Below are positions 47,813 to 63,559 of a DNA stretch of 64,000 nucleotides, in pieces. Below the pieces are notes generated by a model. That model was not told the DNA's origin, searched no databases, and saw only the letters and a list, made by a program, of their open reading frames with translations. Within the stretch, counting starts at the first letter, position 1, and each line of letters opens with the position of its first letter. Location of the stretch: contig CP068257.2 in the NCBI GenBank assembly GCA_009914755.4, positions 24,992,001-25,056,000 of the forward strand. Reading direction: 5' to 3'. The DNA is from the human T2T-CHM13v2.0 reference genome, Homo sapiens. The translations under genes and the position numbers were made by a program.

Positions 47813-50800
47813 AGTGGAAGATAATTTTTTAAAAAGTTTATTCGGAGTACATGTTCTATGTTTCCTGCAGGCCCTGTGACTCATCCTTTATAGCATCTAG
47901 TCAAGCTGATCAGCTTCTAAGAACAGATGGAAATGAAGCCCTTCCTCACTATAATGCAGCCATTAGATGATTATCCAGTCCATTCAGTTCTAAGTGCAAA
48001 TTCACTATCATTTTATTTCTAATCTATCTACCTTTAACTGATGTGGCGAGCAATTTGACTTTACTTGGCTTACTATTGTGTTTCTGTTAGAAAGTAATGT
48101 GATGCACATACCTAATATGAAACTTTTACAACAGAGAAAGAGATTTTAATTTAAAATAGCTTTCTTACTAGAGCTTGGACCAAGTTCATTTTCAGAAGTT
48201 ATTAACAAGATGATACAGGTATCAACATAAAAGTGCAAGGGTAGTTGGTCATTTGATTTTGCATTCAGATCATATATTTTATTTTCATTGTAAAATATTT
48301 GAACTACTCAGGATCCAGTTTATGAGGGCTCTTTTGTGTGACTGTTACAAGTAGAAACCCATAATAATATAACCAAGGATGTGAAATTGCTTTATGCTAA
48401 TATTTTAACCTGTGGGAGTGTACTTTCTCCTACTCTTTTTTTGAAATGTACAGCCTCATAGAGATGCATAATTTTTACCTACTCATTCTTAGTAGCAGAA
48501 AATGAGATTATCAGTATAGTAAGAAGCTTTTAGTAAATTAAGGAATTAAAAGGATAGTAGTCTCTTTATCAAATACCAGGATTATGACTACTCCTACCTC
48601 CTCTTCCAATTTTTTTTTCCGTTGAGGTTTTATAAGTGATTTGCTTCACAGTACAGATGTTTTTATAGATCAGCACCTGCAAATTTATGCTCATTTGAGT
48701 CTATATTTATGTGACAGCTGTCAGTCTGAAATCAAAGCTTTGTGAATCATACATTGAGATAAGCTCAATTAACTACATCAAGAAAGTTTGATAGCAAAAG
48801 TGGTCCAGAAACATTTCATCATGAAGATTGCAGAAGTCATTGAGTCCCTAGACACAATCCTTGCATCTAAAGTAACAGTTATCAGTTTTAACACAAAAAG
48901 TAATAGATGTAGAAGTTACTTGAAATAAAAGGCTAAAATACAACCTTTGTCCTAAATGCTTTTGTAAACTGATCAAGGACTCAAAGCCCACATGCCACAT
49001 CCATTTGTCACACAGTTATTGAAAAGGAGTCAGTGTTGACTGGTGCACTTGGAGAAGTCTTTTTGCAAGAGTAGAGTGAATAGTGAGTACTGACTGATCA
49101 AGAGGAGGCAAATACATGGAGGAAAAAGAGAAAGATCATTTTAGACTGTAAATTCCCTGAAGGTAGAAAATATATCTCTTCATATTATCTGTCAAGCATC
49201 TACCACACAGGTTGGCTGAATTATTTTGAAGAAAGTTTGGGATAGCGCAGGAAGAAAAATTATGAAGTGTGCAGGAAGTGGCAAAAATTGACCTATGTTG
49301 AGTGGAGGGTATATTCTGGAATGATTAATGTGGATGCAGAGGGAAGATCATGACATTGGCTGTATTATAAAAGCTGAAACAGCAGTAAAGAGTAATTATA
49401 AGAGATGATGGGTGAAGTAGTGATTACTGGGTGTCTTTTCAGTGAAATGATGAGTTTATCTGGTTGTATAGAAAGGCGCACCTTAGATTGTTTTTCTGTT
49501 GACTGAGCTATATTGCAGCTGAGTAGAGGTAGAAGTTAGGTTGTAGAAAATTTGTGACTATGCAAATAAATTTTGATTGTTTGAGAAAAAATTGGTTCCT
49601 TCTCTGTAGAAAAGATGAGCCCAAAGTTTACATTTTATTGTATTATATGACATTAACCAGTTTTGCATTTACTAGCAACTGCAGTTCAGCATTCCTGATT
49701 TTATATACACAGCACACACACATATACCCATACATATACATTTATATGTATATATTCTGTTCTCTCTTGAACTGCTTTTAACATCTTACTGATTGTCTCA
49801 GCCATTAATTCCCTCACTTTAATCCTTGTTCATTTCATATTTGAACAAGAATCATAATTTTGCCTTTTTGAAAATTTAACATTAGCAGCAGGATAGATTG
49901 TCTGGGGAAGAAGTTTGTAAGTCTAGAGATCAATCAAGACTGTTTTAAGGAATTCTATCCCTCAGTACTCAAAGTAGGAAGTTGAGGTCCTACATTTGGG
50001 TAACCAGCATATTTTGGAAAATAATGGAAAACCTGAGACGTTTTGAAAGCAAAACCAGAACAGAATTTTTTTTGGGTGTATATATAGACAAGTCAGAGGT
50101 AAAGTTGTAGCTCGTAAGCCACTCGAGGGAAAGCAAAGATCTGGGCCACCCTTGATCTTTTTTCTAAGACATGATCTAATATTTTATGAAATGTATCCCC
50201 AGGAGGCTTAGGTGACTTGCTTCATTCTCTCCTCTGGGAGTGTTCCTTGCATCATATTGTGCCAGGGAGTTGCTGCCAGGTCTTAGAAGTTGCTTGGATA
50301 GTTTACAAATGGGGAAGTACATATTGATAAAGCTGGAAAAAACCTTGGGGAAAAAAAAACAAGTGAAAATACCTCAGCAACAACATACTGTTAAAAATTT
50401 CTATTTACCTCTTGTCAACAAATACATCTTTAAATACACAAACATTTTTAAACATTTAAATACAAATACTTTTAAACATATTACTGTGATGGGAAGAATG
50501 TAAGCAACCTGTGTTCAATGAAAATAAAAAGTGATGTAATTTATGACATTCATTCAATGGAGTATTATTTATTCATGAAAAAGTATGCTTGTGAAATTGG
50601 TATTTTAACAGTCATTTATGGTATGATTTATATGGCAGATTACTAAATTGCAAATAAAATTTGACTTCAACTAAGTAAAACAGACAAACAAAAATATGTA
50701 TCTGCTGATTGAGACTCCAATGTTGGCCCCAGAAATTTGTATTTATGAATTTCTTTCAGATAATTCTGTTCAGCAACAAGATTTGGGGATCATTATTCAA

Positions 50801-51261
50801 ATTCAACAGATTCTGATTCACAATAATTTATTTAGCAATCTGCTGTCTTCCTGCCTACTGATACATTTATCATTTCAGAAGAGAGAGCAACTTGCATGAT
50901 TTTAATAGGGTAAATTTTTGGGAAATTTTGATTTCTTAGAAATTTATTCAGTAAATATGATCGAGCATCTACTATGTGTGAGACATGATCACAGAGGCAC
51001 TGAGGATACATCAACAAACTCCAAACTTGGTAAACATAATAAGTAATATTCACCCTTTATTTAAACTGAGTCACTAGAATGTAAATTACTATACGTACAT
51101 TCCAGTGGCTTAAATTCTAATGACTCAATGTAAATACATGAAGAGAGAACTTTACATGTTAATGTCCCTTATCTAAAGGAATAACGTGTATGTATGACAG
51201 AGTAGCTTCTCTACATTCTTGCCCAAGCATAGCAGCTTTAGCAAACGTGTACATAAGGCTG

Positions 51262-51340
51262 CCTATGTATCCAGCACTATTCTAAGCATTTCATATGCAT
51301 CAGGATAGTTAATCACATTTTATTATAGTAGAGTAAAAGA
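51262..51340 (-). mobile_element. Possible MIR SINE fragment
   Basis: Sequence 'ccagcactattctaagcatttcatatgcat' resembles antisense MIR 'ccaggcactgtgctaagcgctttacatacat'. The match is short and diverged. Confidence 0.3.
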
Positions 51341-53586
51341 TGACAGGATAGTATATTCTGTCTTTACCAGCCCCTCACCCAACACTCAGCTGCTCACTCA
51401 CTCACGGACAAGAATGCCTGAGGAAGCCCTGGTCATTTCACTCAACATTCCCTCTACTTTGACTGTGCTGGGAAGTCTTTACCTCTTTTCCACTATCAGC
51501 AATCCCCCCTCTTTCTTTCCAATTTTCTTCTTTTCCAGTCAACGACTACATGCCCACTAAAGGAGGGCTCTAAGAAGTGGTCCTCCACCTGCAATATCTC
51601 ATATAAAATCTGCTGTAGGTCTATGATGGAGGAATTCATACAGTGTTTAAAGATAAGAAATACAAAGCTTAGAATGCTGAAAGGTTCATAACTAGCTTCA
51701 AACTCTGTATTATGGTTAATTTCCATGTGTGATTTACAAGTGATACTAATATGCTCTTGATTTGTTTTCTAAAATTAGGATCTTAAGAACCACTGGGTTG
51801 GTGAAAGAAGTATTGGATGAATCTGTGTTTTCCAAATTCAACCAACTTGGACAAACATAGTAGATGCAAGTTATTAGTAAGGTTCTAGTTATCTGCTTGG
51901 ATAAAAGCCTCATGAGTGTTCATTATCTTGTTATGCTTTATAACAGACATATGTTACTCTATTATATATATGTTATCTATAAGATATATATAATGTTATA
52001 TATAATATCAATTAAATTAAAATAGATCAAAAAAAGGAAAACAATAATACAAATATGCCCATTTAAAAATCTGGATAGAATAAACAACACAATTGAATGA
52101 TAACCTTAGCATATTATATTTGAAAATATACAAATTCTAAGCTACAGTTTATCCCTTCCTCATTTCTTAGATCACTGCGGTTGGAACACTAGTTTTTTAG
52201 TAGAACTTATATTTCTATCATCGTAAGTTTTGGTTGCATAAGGTTATTAATAGTTAAACAGGTTTCTTTGCTGCTTGATATATTTATTATTTAAGGTGCA
52301 GGTTTAGCTAAGCTGCAAAACTATAGTGGCTTAAATAAGATATAAATGTATTTCTCTTGCATATTTGGTCCAGTGTTGGGCAGAATATCTAGGGCAGGTA
52401 GGAGGCTCTAGATTTCATCTCTGAGTATAAGTAGCTCCTAAATTGTTACTTCTTCCTGACTTCAGAATGTGAAGTGAAAGTAAGCAGCTTCCTTTCCAAA
52501 GAAGTGATTCGCAGGTGCACATGTCACTTCCTCTCATGCCCCATTAGCCACGTGACCACAACCAGATGCAAGGAAGGCTGGGAATTGTAGTTGCTAGATG
52601 GGGCAGTAGGAGTGAGGAGGGACCCCAGGGATTCTACGATTACAATGAGGGAGGAAAAAAAATGGATATTGGGCAGATAATATTGAATCCTGAAAAACAA
52701 ACTCTAAATATGGAAAAAGTGAAGCATCCTTTAAGTCCTTTAATGTAGATGTAGAATCTGCTCTTCAGTGGTCCTAATAAAGCAGGGCTTTGTATTTCAT
52801 CGTCCTTTTCATTCATAAAAGATACTCATTTTTGGTGTGTGTTTGTGTGTGTGCATGTTTGCGCACGCGTGCATGTTCATGTGTGCTATCAATGGCTTTA
52901 ATTTGATTGAAGATAAAATTAATACTAGGAACTGAAATACTTTCGAGATAGGCTGTGCACAGTATGACGTCACCACTTTAGCTGTCTTATCAAATTCAGA
53001 GCATACAATTCATGTAATCCTTGTTTCCCTTCCACATTGACCAAGGTAAGATAATTCCAAACATAGCTTAAAGAAATGTCTTATACTAAGCTTCAGAAAA
53101 TATCAGAAAGTTGCATTATCAGCAATGCTAATGTAGCAAAAAGCAGGTGGGCTCATGCCAATGTTCTCCTGAGAGATGGTTATGGAAGTAGATTGTGGTA
53201 ATTAATGAGTGAGCAGTTGAAGAGTAATAAAAAAGAAAAAGTTTAATTAGGAGTAAATGGTAAGGGAGTTTAAGCATTGGAGGAATAATATTAACATTGT
53301 GGGAAGTAGATTGAATTATGTTTAAGATCCAAAAATATTTGAAGCTATCATCTTATTTCCCTCTTTATGTCACGCCTAAGTAGGAATCTATATGAAGCTA
53401 CTTTTACATCATACAGTTTGTTTATTCCTTTATTATTAGTGAATTGCTTTAGACTAACTCTATCATACTTCCAATTTTGTTATCTACATGATTTCATTGT
53501 CCTTTGATATAAATCTACTTTTCCTAGCTTGTGAGCAAAATTTAGCTAACATAAAATCTTATTTATGTATTTATTTAATTAATTAA

Positions 53587-53877
<291 letters not shown>

Positions 53878-56147
53878 AATCAACATAAAATCTTTAAGGC
53901 ATTATTTGTGTTTAAAGTAGGGTGGGGAATTTCTGCATCCGAAATTAGTCAATTGACAGTGTTCTACAGCATGGAGTATCAGAAAGGATATCTGTTTCTC
54001 CAACTTATGACAGCACACATGTATATTTTTGCCTGGAGGAGGGAGGGATATGAAAAAAGATTTGAGAAGAGAATGAAGAATCTGAACTTTTGGGCAGGAC
54101 TCATGTATAAAATGACTGAAACTTTTTGTTTGTTCCTTTGTTGAAGGTTAGTCTTGCACAGAGTAAATTATGGTACCGTTGAATCTCCTGGGCACCCTGA
54201 GTTCAGTAAAACTTATAAAGATTCTTTAAATCATATTATACTTTCTCTTCTTTGTATGATAGCCTTGATAAGTGCAGGGGCTAGGACTACTGCAAGTAGT
54301 GGGAAATTAGGAAGGCTTGTCAGAGACACTGAGGGCGTCTCAAGGATTCTGGATAGGAATGTATCAGCTCTAGGATATAGCTGCGTTTGTTGAGGTTTTT
54401 GGCTTGTCCACAGCTGAAGATATTTGTAAAGATTTCAGTAACTTCAAGACCCAATGTCATCCATTCTATTAAAAAATGGAAGATTATACTTGCTTAGGAC
54501 CTCTTCAATCTCAGCATTATTCTTTGTAAAAAATTCTCCTCCACTTTAAAAAATGACTCTTGACCATGTTGTCTTTACTATTATTTTCTTTTGGAAAAAC
54601 ACACAATTTTTTCTTAAGAAAAAAATCATTTCCCTGCTTATTTGTCCTCAAATCCATGGTATATTAAATAAAAATGACTTATTTATTACCTTTCTAATGA
54701 GCCACTTTCATAAACTGTGGTTGATAAAACAACTTTTGGAACTACTTGCATATTTTACTGGTAACATTTCATCTAGAACATTAAAACATTTAAGGTTTTT
54801 AGAGGTATTCAAAGGAGTGATATGTATTCATATTGCATGTGTTCACAATAGTGTAATCTTTCCTTTTCTTTTACATCCTCAGTTTTATTGAACTAGAGGA
54901 AACATCCCCCATTCAGATACAATACTCATTTTTATAAAACATTTAGGCAAAAAAGTCACAACTACCTTACATAAAGCCTGTTTAAACCTCTCAAATTTCA
55001 TAATCCGATCAACATTTACATTCTTATATTCTGGTCACAGGAACTTTTATTCCCTACCCCCAGACCATTTTAGCTTTTCTGGTGAAAGAGAATTTAGGTT
55101 CCTATCAGAGAGTGGATCCAAGGCACTCAGGCCTTTTTGTCAACGTTTGTCATAATTTGCCTTATTGTTGCCCCAGGCAATGTCAGCTTTCTCATTATAA
55201 TCTTTGCCTTTTAGTTTTCCGTAAATTTCCCCAGTCTGGGGCAAATGCAGAAAACTGGTGTGGGCCCTTTAATGTTGGGAGACCAGCAGGGTTTCCCTTT
55301 GGTTCACCCAACCATTAATAGTGTTGTTAAGACCTTTGTTTTAACCCCATAAATTTTCATTGTATTTATTTCATTTCTTAATAACCGTCGAAAGATTTTC
55401 ACCACCCTTCAGGGGCTAGTCCTTTGAGTCCCTTTTACCTTTCCAATTTTTTTTGTTGTTAATTACCTTAATGTTTTATTAAGCATCTGTAAGACCCATG
55501 AAGGATAGCAAATTTGATAAGGCTTCTCAAACAGCTGTATGATTCTGCAGGAGTAATGTCACTTGGGATGCCCGTGGAAAAGGCGCCCTTTTAACCCCAA
55601 CATTTATTATGACCTGGGTAACAGGCATATTCAGTGGGAAAATACCCCAGTCATCATAAAGCCAGTCCCACATGGCTTGTATATGAAGCATATCAGTTGC
55701 TTCTTCTGGGAATAGTTGGAATCTTATTCTTGAGAAGAATTAGAAACTTATTTCTCAATAGTGACACTGGTGGAATAGAATAATTTTGTGATAAAGCATA
55801 GTGACATATTTTCGGACTCTACCATTTGTTATACAGCTGGGATTAAAAACCTCATTTATTCAAGAGCACCATGACTGGTTCCATTAGGTAGTTAGGACAA
55901 TTTGTAAATAAAACAACAAAAGATCCACTTAGCATAGTATTATGCTTTTTGCAGGACACTTTTCTGGGTGGACTTGGACTAACCCAGTTTTCCCCACTTT
56001 CTCACTTGAACTTCTAAAGCATAAAAGTAGAATGTGCTAGAAATGTAACATTCTGAGATAGGGAGGGACTGGCCAGAACAGTGTGGCCTCTGTTTCAGTT
56101 CCCACCTAAAAACAGGATGTATTTCAATGCTTTAGCCCAGCAAGTCA

Positions 56148-56579
<432 letters not shown>

Positions 56580-56585
56580 CTATAA

Positions 56586-56938
56586 GTGTATTAGTCCGTC
56601 TTCACGCTGCTGATAAAGACATACCCGAGACTGGGCAATTTACAAAAGAAAGGACTTGCAGTTTCACGTGGCTGGTGAACGTCTCACAATCACGGCAGAG
56701 GGTGAAAGGTACTCCTTAGGTGCCTGCTGCCAGAGAGAATGAGGAAGAAGCAAAAACAAAAACCCCTGATAAGCCCATCAGATCTCGGGAGACTTATTAA
56801 GCATCATGAAAATAGCACGGGAAAGACTGGCCCCCGTGATTCAATTACCTCCTCCTGGGACCCTCCCACAGCATGTGGGAATTCCGGGAGATAGAATTCA
56901 AGTTGAGATTTGGGTGGGGACACAGCCAAACCATATCA
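56586..56938 (-). mobile_element. Solo MaLR LTR (THE1 family)
   Basis: Sequence 'tgtattagtccgtcttcacgctgctgataaagacatacccgagactgggcaatttacaaaagaaaggac...cacgtggctgg...gggaattccgggagatagaattcaagttgagatttgggtggggacacagccaaaccatatca'. Confidence 0.85.
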
Positions 56939-58674
56939 ATAGGTAATAAATCTGCCTCATGTAACTTGTGTGCATGGGTGTTCTATCTCACCAGACTCAT
57001 ACAAGCTCGTAACCAGTGCATGTTAAGCCTGCTTCACACTCTTCAGCATGCTTTGCTAAAAAGTTTTTGCCACGTTAATTTTTTAACATTGCATGAATTT
57101 GTAGACATAAAAATGAGAAAGCTTACTGAAGACACTCTACATTTGTTTCATACTCAATATAATATTTCTTCTTGAGTATAATAAGCTACCTAGCTTATAA
57201 GTTAATATATTTGGATAAAAACCAACTTAAAAACTTAGCTACATTTCTATGCAAACTAATCTTTCATCAAAGCTAATTAGTGATTTTAAAATGCTATCAA
57301 ATACCATCTTATCTTGTATAAGATTTTAAAATTTGGAAGGGTAGCTCAAAATCAATTTGGGTTAATTCAAATTACATCTCAGAAACTAGAGAGTTAAAAT
57401 AATTTTTTAAAAGGAACTTTATATATTGCCTTAACACTTTGTGAATAAAAATCTTTTATGTTTTTCTCCCTTTTATTTATGATCCTTGGATATCATTTGA
57501 GTTCTTGCTAAAAGCTGCCATTTTCATTTCTACAGCTTAATTGCTTACAAATTAATGATTCATAATATTTCACAATTTTCACTTAAATGGTCTGGCATAT
57601 ATTCCTATTGTAATCATGTCATAAAATTAAGGGGAAATTGAATGCCTTGCAGAGTCCGATAAAGACAAGTTCATTCTTTCTTGTGCAATGATTTCCTATA
57701 ACATTTGGAGTTATATCAAATCTAAATTTGTATTCTAAGCAGAAATTACATGTGTTTTTCCCGAACATGTGTTTTCTTATGCTCCTAACCTGTGAAATAG
57801 GAACTTATAAACTATTCTTTTAAAGGCAAGCATATCAATTTAGATGTCTTCCTTTGCAGAGAAAATCAGATACAAATAATCCTATGAAAATATAGTTGCA
57901 TAAGAGTGAACCATCTTATTGTTTATTTCAGATTTGCTCATACCAGCTTGTGTATATTGTTGAGACAGCTCACTGAATGGCATTATTCAATGGTTTCTCT
58001 TTGTGGCTCATCGCCTTTGAGACCATACTTATAAAGTACACCTAATGGAAGTGTCTTAGAGCCTTCTTAAGTGTTTTGCTGAGCCAGGAGAGGAACTGAA
58101 TTATAGATCAAAAGAACTAACGTGTTTCAGTTGGCAAAAGGTTGTCTTAGTCTTCACAGACTTGCCAATCTCTTCTTCCACCAATGAAGTATTTCACTCA
58201 GTTAGCTATAGGAAAGCATTTGTTTGTTATGAACAAATTACTTTAAATTCAACTCCTGACTTATTGCTGAAAATGTAATTTTCCTACACACACACAGACA
58301 TACACACACACACTTACACACATGCACACAAAGTAAACTCTGTCCTAATGTATTTGCCCAGTAGTTTTTTTTGCTTTGTTTTGTTTTTGTTTTAACTGAA
58401 CTGGGGCTGGCAGAAAAAAAGCAACAGAAACTGGAGAAAAATTAAAAGAGAAACAATATAAAGAATTTGATATAGGAATGACTAAGCTTACTTAAATGAA
58501 TTGTGAGATATAAACTTGTCAATATGATTTTGGTTGCAGAAGATTGTATATTACATAAGCTTCACAGATGACATGCATATCCAGAAACTACAGTAATTTA
58601 CAGGGGCAAACTCTGCAACTAAGAAAAGGAGACAGAACTGTTTCCACTCAATGCATTCCTCCATCAAAGAACAA

Positions 58675-58918
58675 GGTAGCAAAATGGTTGAGAATTGCGT
58701 ATTTGGCAAGACACTGCCTATCTTTAACACCTGGGTATGCCACTTGCTACCTAACCTTGAACAAGTGACTACTTCTCTATGTTACATTTGTTTCATCTGT
58801 AAAATGGGGGTAACACTGATGTCTAGTATAAAATGCTGTTGGAGGTTTACATGAGATAATCCATATAAAATCTCTAGCGCAATGCCAGTCACATAGTAAA
58901 TTCTCTGTAAATATTAGT
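58675..58918 (+). mobile_element. MIR SINE
   Basis: Sequence 'ctgggtatgccacttgctacctaaccttgaacaagtgactacttctctatgttacatttgtttcatctgtaaaatgggggtaacactgatgtctagtataaaatgctgttggaggtttacatgagataatccatataaaatctctagcgcaatgccagtcacatagtaaattctc' matches the MIR core and 3' region ('...gccacttactagctgtgtgaccttgggcaagttacttaacctctctgagcctcagtttcctcatctgtaaaatgggg...gtgaggattaaatgagataatgcatgtaaagcgcttagcacagtgcctggcacatagtaagcgctc'). Confidence 0.75.
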
Positions 58919-59214
58919 TCTGACTATGCTTATAAGCACTTCATCTTCAAATGTGGAATTTTTGAATATTACAATGGGAAGGTATTGATTCATTATTTAT
59001 TCAATAAACATGCCTACTGTGTCTTCAAAAATAAGACCATAAAGGATGGTGAATTAAAAATAAAGTGCAGGAAAGGAATTATTTTTTTCTAATGTTATAT
59101 GATGGTTAGCACTGTACAGAAAAACAGACTCAACCCTCTAAATCAGTTGTCTGTTTTATTAAGGACGTATCATTTTCACAAGGGAATCTTGATAAATACA
59201 AATTTATCACTCCA

Positions 59215-59340
59215 CTCACTCATTCATTCATTCATCCACTAAACAGTCCTTTACTTCTTACCTACCACACATCAGGCTAATGCTAAGAACTGATACAAAG
59301 ACTCAACCACACATGATCTGTGACTTCAAGAACATAGAGA
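59215..59340 (-). mobile_element. MIR-type / L2-3'-end-type ancient repeat fragment
   Basis: Sequence 'cactcactcattcattcattcatccactaaacagtcctttacttcttacctaccacacatcaggctaatgctaagaactg' resembles antisense 'tcattcattcattcaacaaatatttattgagcacctactatgtgccaggcactgttctaggcactg'. Confidence 0.5.
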
Positions 59341-60835
59341 TCTTATGGTACGAAAGATATGTAAAGATAAATTATAATTAATTGACACAGCATGTGCTAC
59401 TTTGAGAGAATAAACCCAAAGCTGAATTTTAATGCAACTATTAGGTTTGAATAGGCAGAAAAGCAGAGAAAAGCATCTCTGGAATGGGAACACTTGACCC
59501 AGAGAAGAAAGAATGCAAGGAGATGCCAGGTTTGGAAATGGAGAGAAGCTTAGTGCTTAGCCAAACTTGGGAAGGGGCTTCAGTGTCAACCTAAGAAATT
59601 CAGCTTCCTAAAATTGTAGTAACAACAGGAAATTTTAAGCAGGGAGATGACTTTGTGGTAGGAAAGAAAATGAACTAGAGTGGGAAGGAAGTTGGAGATA
59701 CCAATGATATAGAGACTGTCCAGAGGTAGCTGCAATATTCAAGATGAGAAATAATTGAGCCTTAAATGATCTAGGGGGAAGAAGCTACAGAACAAAAAAA
59801 CACACAAAACTATGAAAGAGAGTTGCTAGTTAGAATCTTCGTGAGCAAGGGACTAAATATATTTCAGTGGAAGAAGTAGTATATCTTGTGATTTAGTGAT
59901 TCTCACATTTTAAAATTGAGGTAACTACTTTCTGACATGAAACTATAAGTGCAAAATTTTGATATAGATACTTAGAATTTGCCTTAGTTGTGAAGTAGCC
60001 TGTAATGTAAAGCATTTCTCTGAGAAACAAAAGTGGATTTTTCCTCTTAGTCAGAGTTTCTTGAAACCCACATGTGAAAGATGCCTTGATATAAAACATG
60101 TATGTTTTAACTTTGGGCTCAGTTTTGCAGGAATGTATCTGAGATGGAAAACCAGATGGCTATATTTCAATGTATTTTCTCTTCCATTTTATGGAAAATG
60201 ACCCATGATCTATTTTGGCTTACATGAGATTTACTCATAAATATATATGAGTATAATGCCTTGCAGCTCCTGTTTAATGCATTTATGAAAAATTTTTCAC
60301 TTTCTGGGAAGCTTTTCATTCAGGGCAGCTGCCTGGAAACACTTATGATCTCTGAGGAGAAGCTTTGAACGTGCACAGGCATTTTTAAAAATGGTATGTT
60401 GTTAGGCAACTAAAAATCACAAGCTCAACATGGTAGCATTATCTTTTTGTCAGAGGTGTGAACTGGCTCTTCCATAATCAGGCTTTCAACACTTGGAAAG
60501 TTTTTTTCTGAGTACGTATTTCCTCATCTGTAAAATAGGCGGGTTCTGTTCTGATTTCATCAAGTTATGATAAAAGAAAAGCACAGTAGGTAGGTATGAT
60601 AAAAGAAAAGCACAGTAGGTAAATAATCAATTATAGTGACATTTCTTCCTCTTCACTCCTTTTGCTACCCAAGTGACGTATCATACAGCAAGCTAACACT
60701 TGGTAGAATGCCAATTTAGTATGATACTGGTTTCCAGTTAATTTAGGACTATAAAAAGTGCTGGCAATGCCCAACTCAAACTTACGTTTGAATTGGCTTT
60801 TTAAATTGCTATATGTCATAAAGACCAGTTGATAG

Positions 60836-61173
<338 letters not shown>

Positions 61174-61899
61174 TTAGAGTTCTTGAGATTATTTAACTGT
61201 AACTTATGGTAATTCAACTGGCCATAGTGACTATTCGTATGATGAAAGAGTATGTGATGAGCAACAATGAAATGAGATAGGTCCAACAGAGCTTTTCCAG
61301 GTGCAGATGCTCCCAGCCACGGACAGTCTGGCTGGTAGGCAAACATGGAATCCAGGGACTTCAAGCATCTCCACTCAGATCCATTTTGGAGGAGGCAAAA
61401 TGAAGTACCAGATGTTTGGGGGCAGATAAGTTCCAAAGAAAATGATTACTGAGAGTCAGTTAACCAGGCTGTCAGCTTCTGCAAACTCTATCATAAGTCA
61501 GTTGACTCCAGACTGCAAACTGGTGCTTAGGAATACCAATGATTGCCTCTAAAGGCAGAAATTAAATGCTTTGTACTGGACATTGCCAACCTTAAGTTCC
61601 CTGGTGCACTTGGGTACCACCATCCGGATGCTCTGAGTGTGAGGTGCCAAAGTGCCCTTGTATTTTCTGTAGTTCTCAATGGTTAGATGTCACACTCGGT
61701 TCCCTGAAGAAAATGTCTCTCTCCCAGTCCTGTGGGCATCTTATCAATTTATCATCATCAAGATTCAGCCTCAAGTTTCTTCCCATCTAAGGGGCCTGTT
61801 TAGAGCCTCTAAGCTTTCTGCTTTCAGAAAGCTACATATTCACTAGAGAGAATGGGTATCTATTCTGAATTTTCTCTAGTATGACGAGATTACTGTCTT

Positions 61900-62062
61900 A
61901 TATTGTTCTTCATTTCTTCCTAAGTGTCAGTCTTATCTCCCCAAGGAGATTGTAAGCGCCTTGGAGGCAGGGATCATGTTTTATATTCCTGGGGCCTCAC
62001 ATCCTTTGAATATACAATTGAGCAGATATTAAGAGATACTTAGTAATGGATTTATTGAACTT
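61900..62062 (+). mobile_element. MIR-type ancient SINE 3' region
   Basis: Sequence 'ctccccaaggagattgtaagcgccttggaggcagggatcatgttttatattcctggggcctcacatcctttgaatatacaattgagcagatattaagagatacttagtaatggatttattgaac' resembles 'cccactagattgtaagctccatgagggcagggac...gtatccccagcacctagcacagtgcctggcacatagtaggcgctcaataaatatttgttgaatgaa'. Confidence 0.55.
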
Positions 62063-63559
62063 GAAATCTGAAACTGCTAATTCTAGAATTATTACCATAC
62101 ATTTGTGTATTTTTGGGGATTTTGCATAAAAATACTGTAGGTAGCTATATTCTTTTCACCTGCTCCCATAAACTATCAAAGTTTATGTCTCACGTATTTA
62201 GTTCTATCAGATATTGAGTTAATCACTTTTTTAGGAAGAAAGATTTTGGAGAAAGAAAGTTGGCTTCTTTACTCCATCTTCCTACTTTATATATTTGGAA
62301 TTTTTCATTAGACATGACTAAAGAAGTAGAAGGAGAAACAAAGATCTAACTTTTAAATTATTCACTAGGCCTGCACAGGTTTGGTATGCAGATTAGCTCA
62401 ACAGATAGAGGTAGATCAACATGGCAAATTAAAAATAATATCTAAGGTTTAATTCACACGTTGTATGACAGTCTCACTCTTCTATGTCAACCATGGACCT
62501 ATACCTTAGAATTTATTGTCTCCGCTCTTCCAAATTCTGTTCCTTCCAAATCCTTGGCCAGACATCCAGGACATTGGCCACTGAATGGAAATCTGTACAT
62601 ATTATCACTTTGGGCTACTTCTCTTTCCACAAAAAGTGAATGCTTAAGTTCACTGCTCATAGCTCTGCCCATTGGAAAGAATTTCCCTTTTTGCTCTTTT
62701 TCAAGGCCACTCCTATATGTGTCTATAGTGCAGCCACCATCCATTTCAGCCCAGGTAATGAGCCAACCAATCCATTACCTATGCTTGGACTTTGCCCTCA
62801 TCTTTCAGTTGTTTCAATTGTGCCCTTCATAGAACCATGACTGCAAGGCAGTCCCAGGTCCTCTTATCACCTGTTTTATCAGACCACATCTAGTACCATT
62901 TGTGTTAGTTAGTTCAGGTCCTCCAAGAAGCCCCTTCACAGATTTTACTAGGGAAAATCCCTGTGAGAAAAAATGGGGAGGAAGAACAGAGAGGCTGGGA
63001 GAGTCATCATACCCCACGCAAGTCTGACCATGAGGGAAGGAAAGAGAAAAGGAAGGTTGGGTGGAAGCGTCATAGACCAGTATGCAGTCTCAAGGAAGTC
63101 CAGCAAGAGACCACTGGGGAGTCCATGAGGCAGAGTTGCATGAAAAGAGAAGATATCTGTATCCTAATGTCAAAACTGCCTTAGCATCACTGTGCCTACG
63201 GGAAGCATGATGTCAGCTTAAACATGGTGATGGATTTCAAAGAACAGCCAGAGCCTCTGTGCATTACACTTCCTCTAGTTCGAATTCTGCAAGGTGCATT
63301 GTCATGGCCACCAAATTAATGTTTCTAAAAACACATAAATTCTAAGCAATCTCAATTCACAATTCAGAATAGAATGTTCTGCATCAACTCAGGAGTTCTA
63401 TTCTTATGATATGAGATTCATGGGTAGAAATTAAAATGGACAATTTTATCTAACCACTATTAGCGAAAACTATAATTGGAACAAAATCTTTTTACCTCTT
63501 GCTCTCATGGATGTTTGGGTTTTTCAAATGTCTTTGTCATTACTTGTGATTCACCTGCT

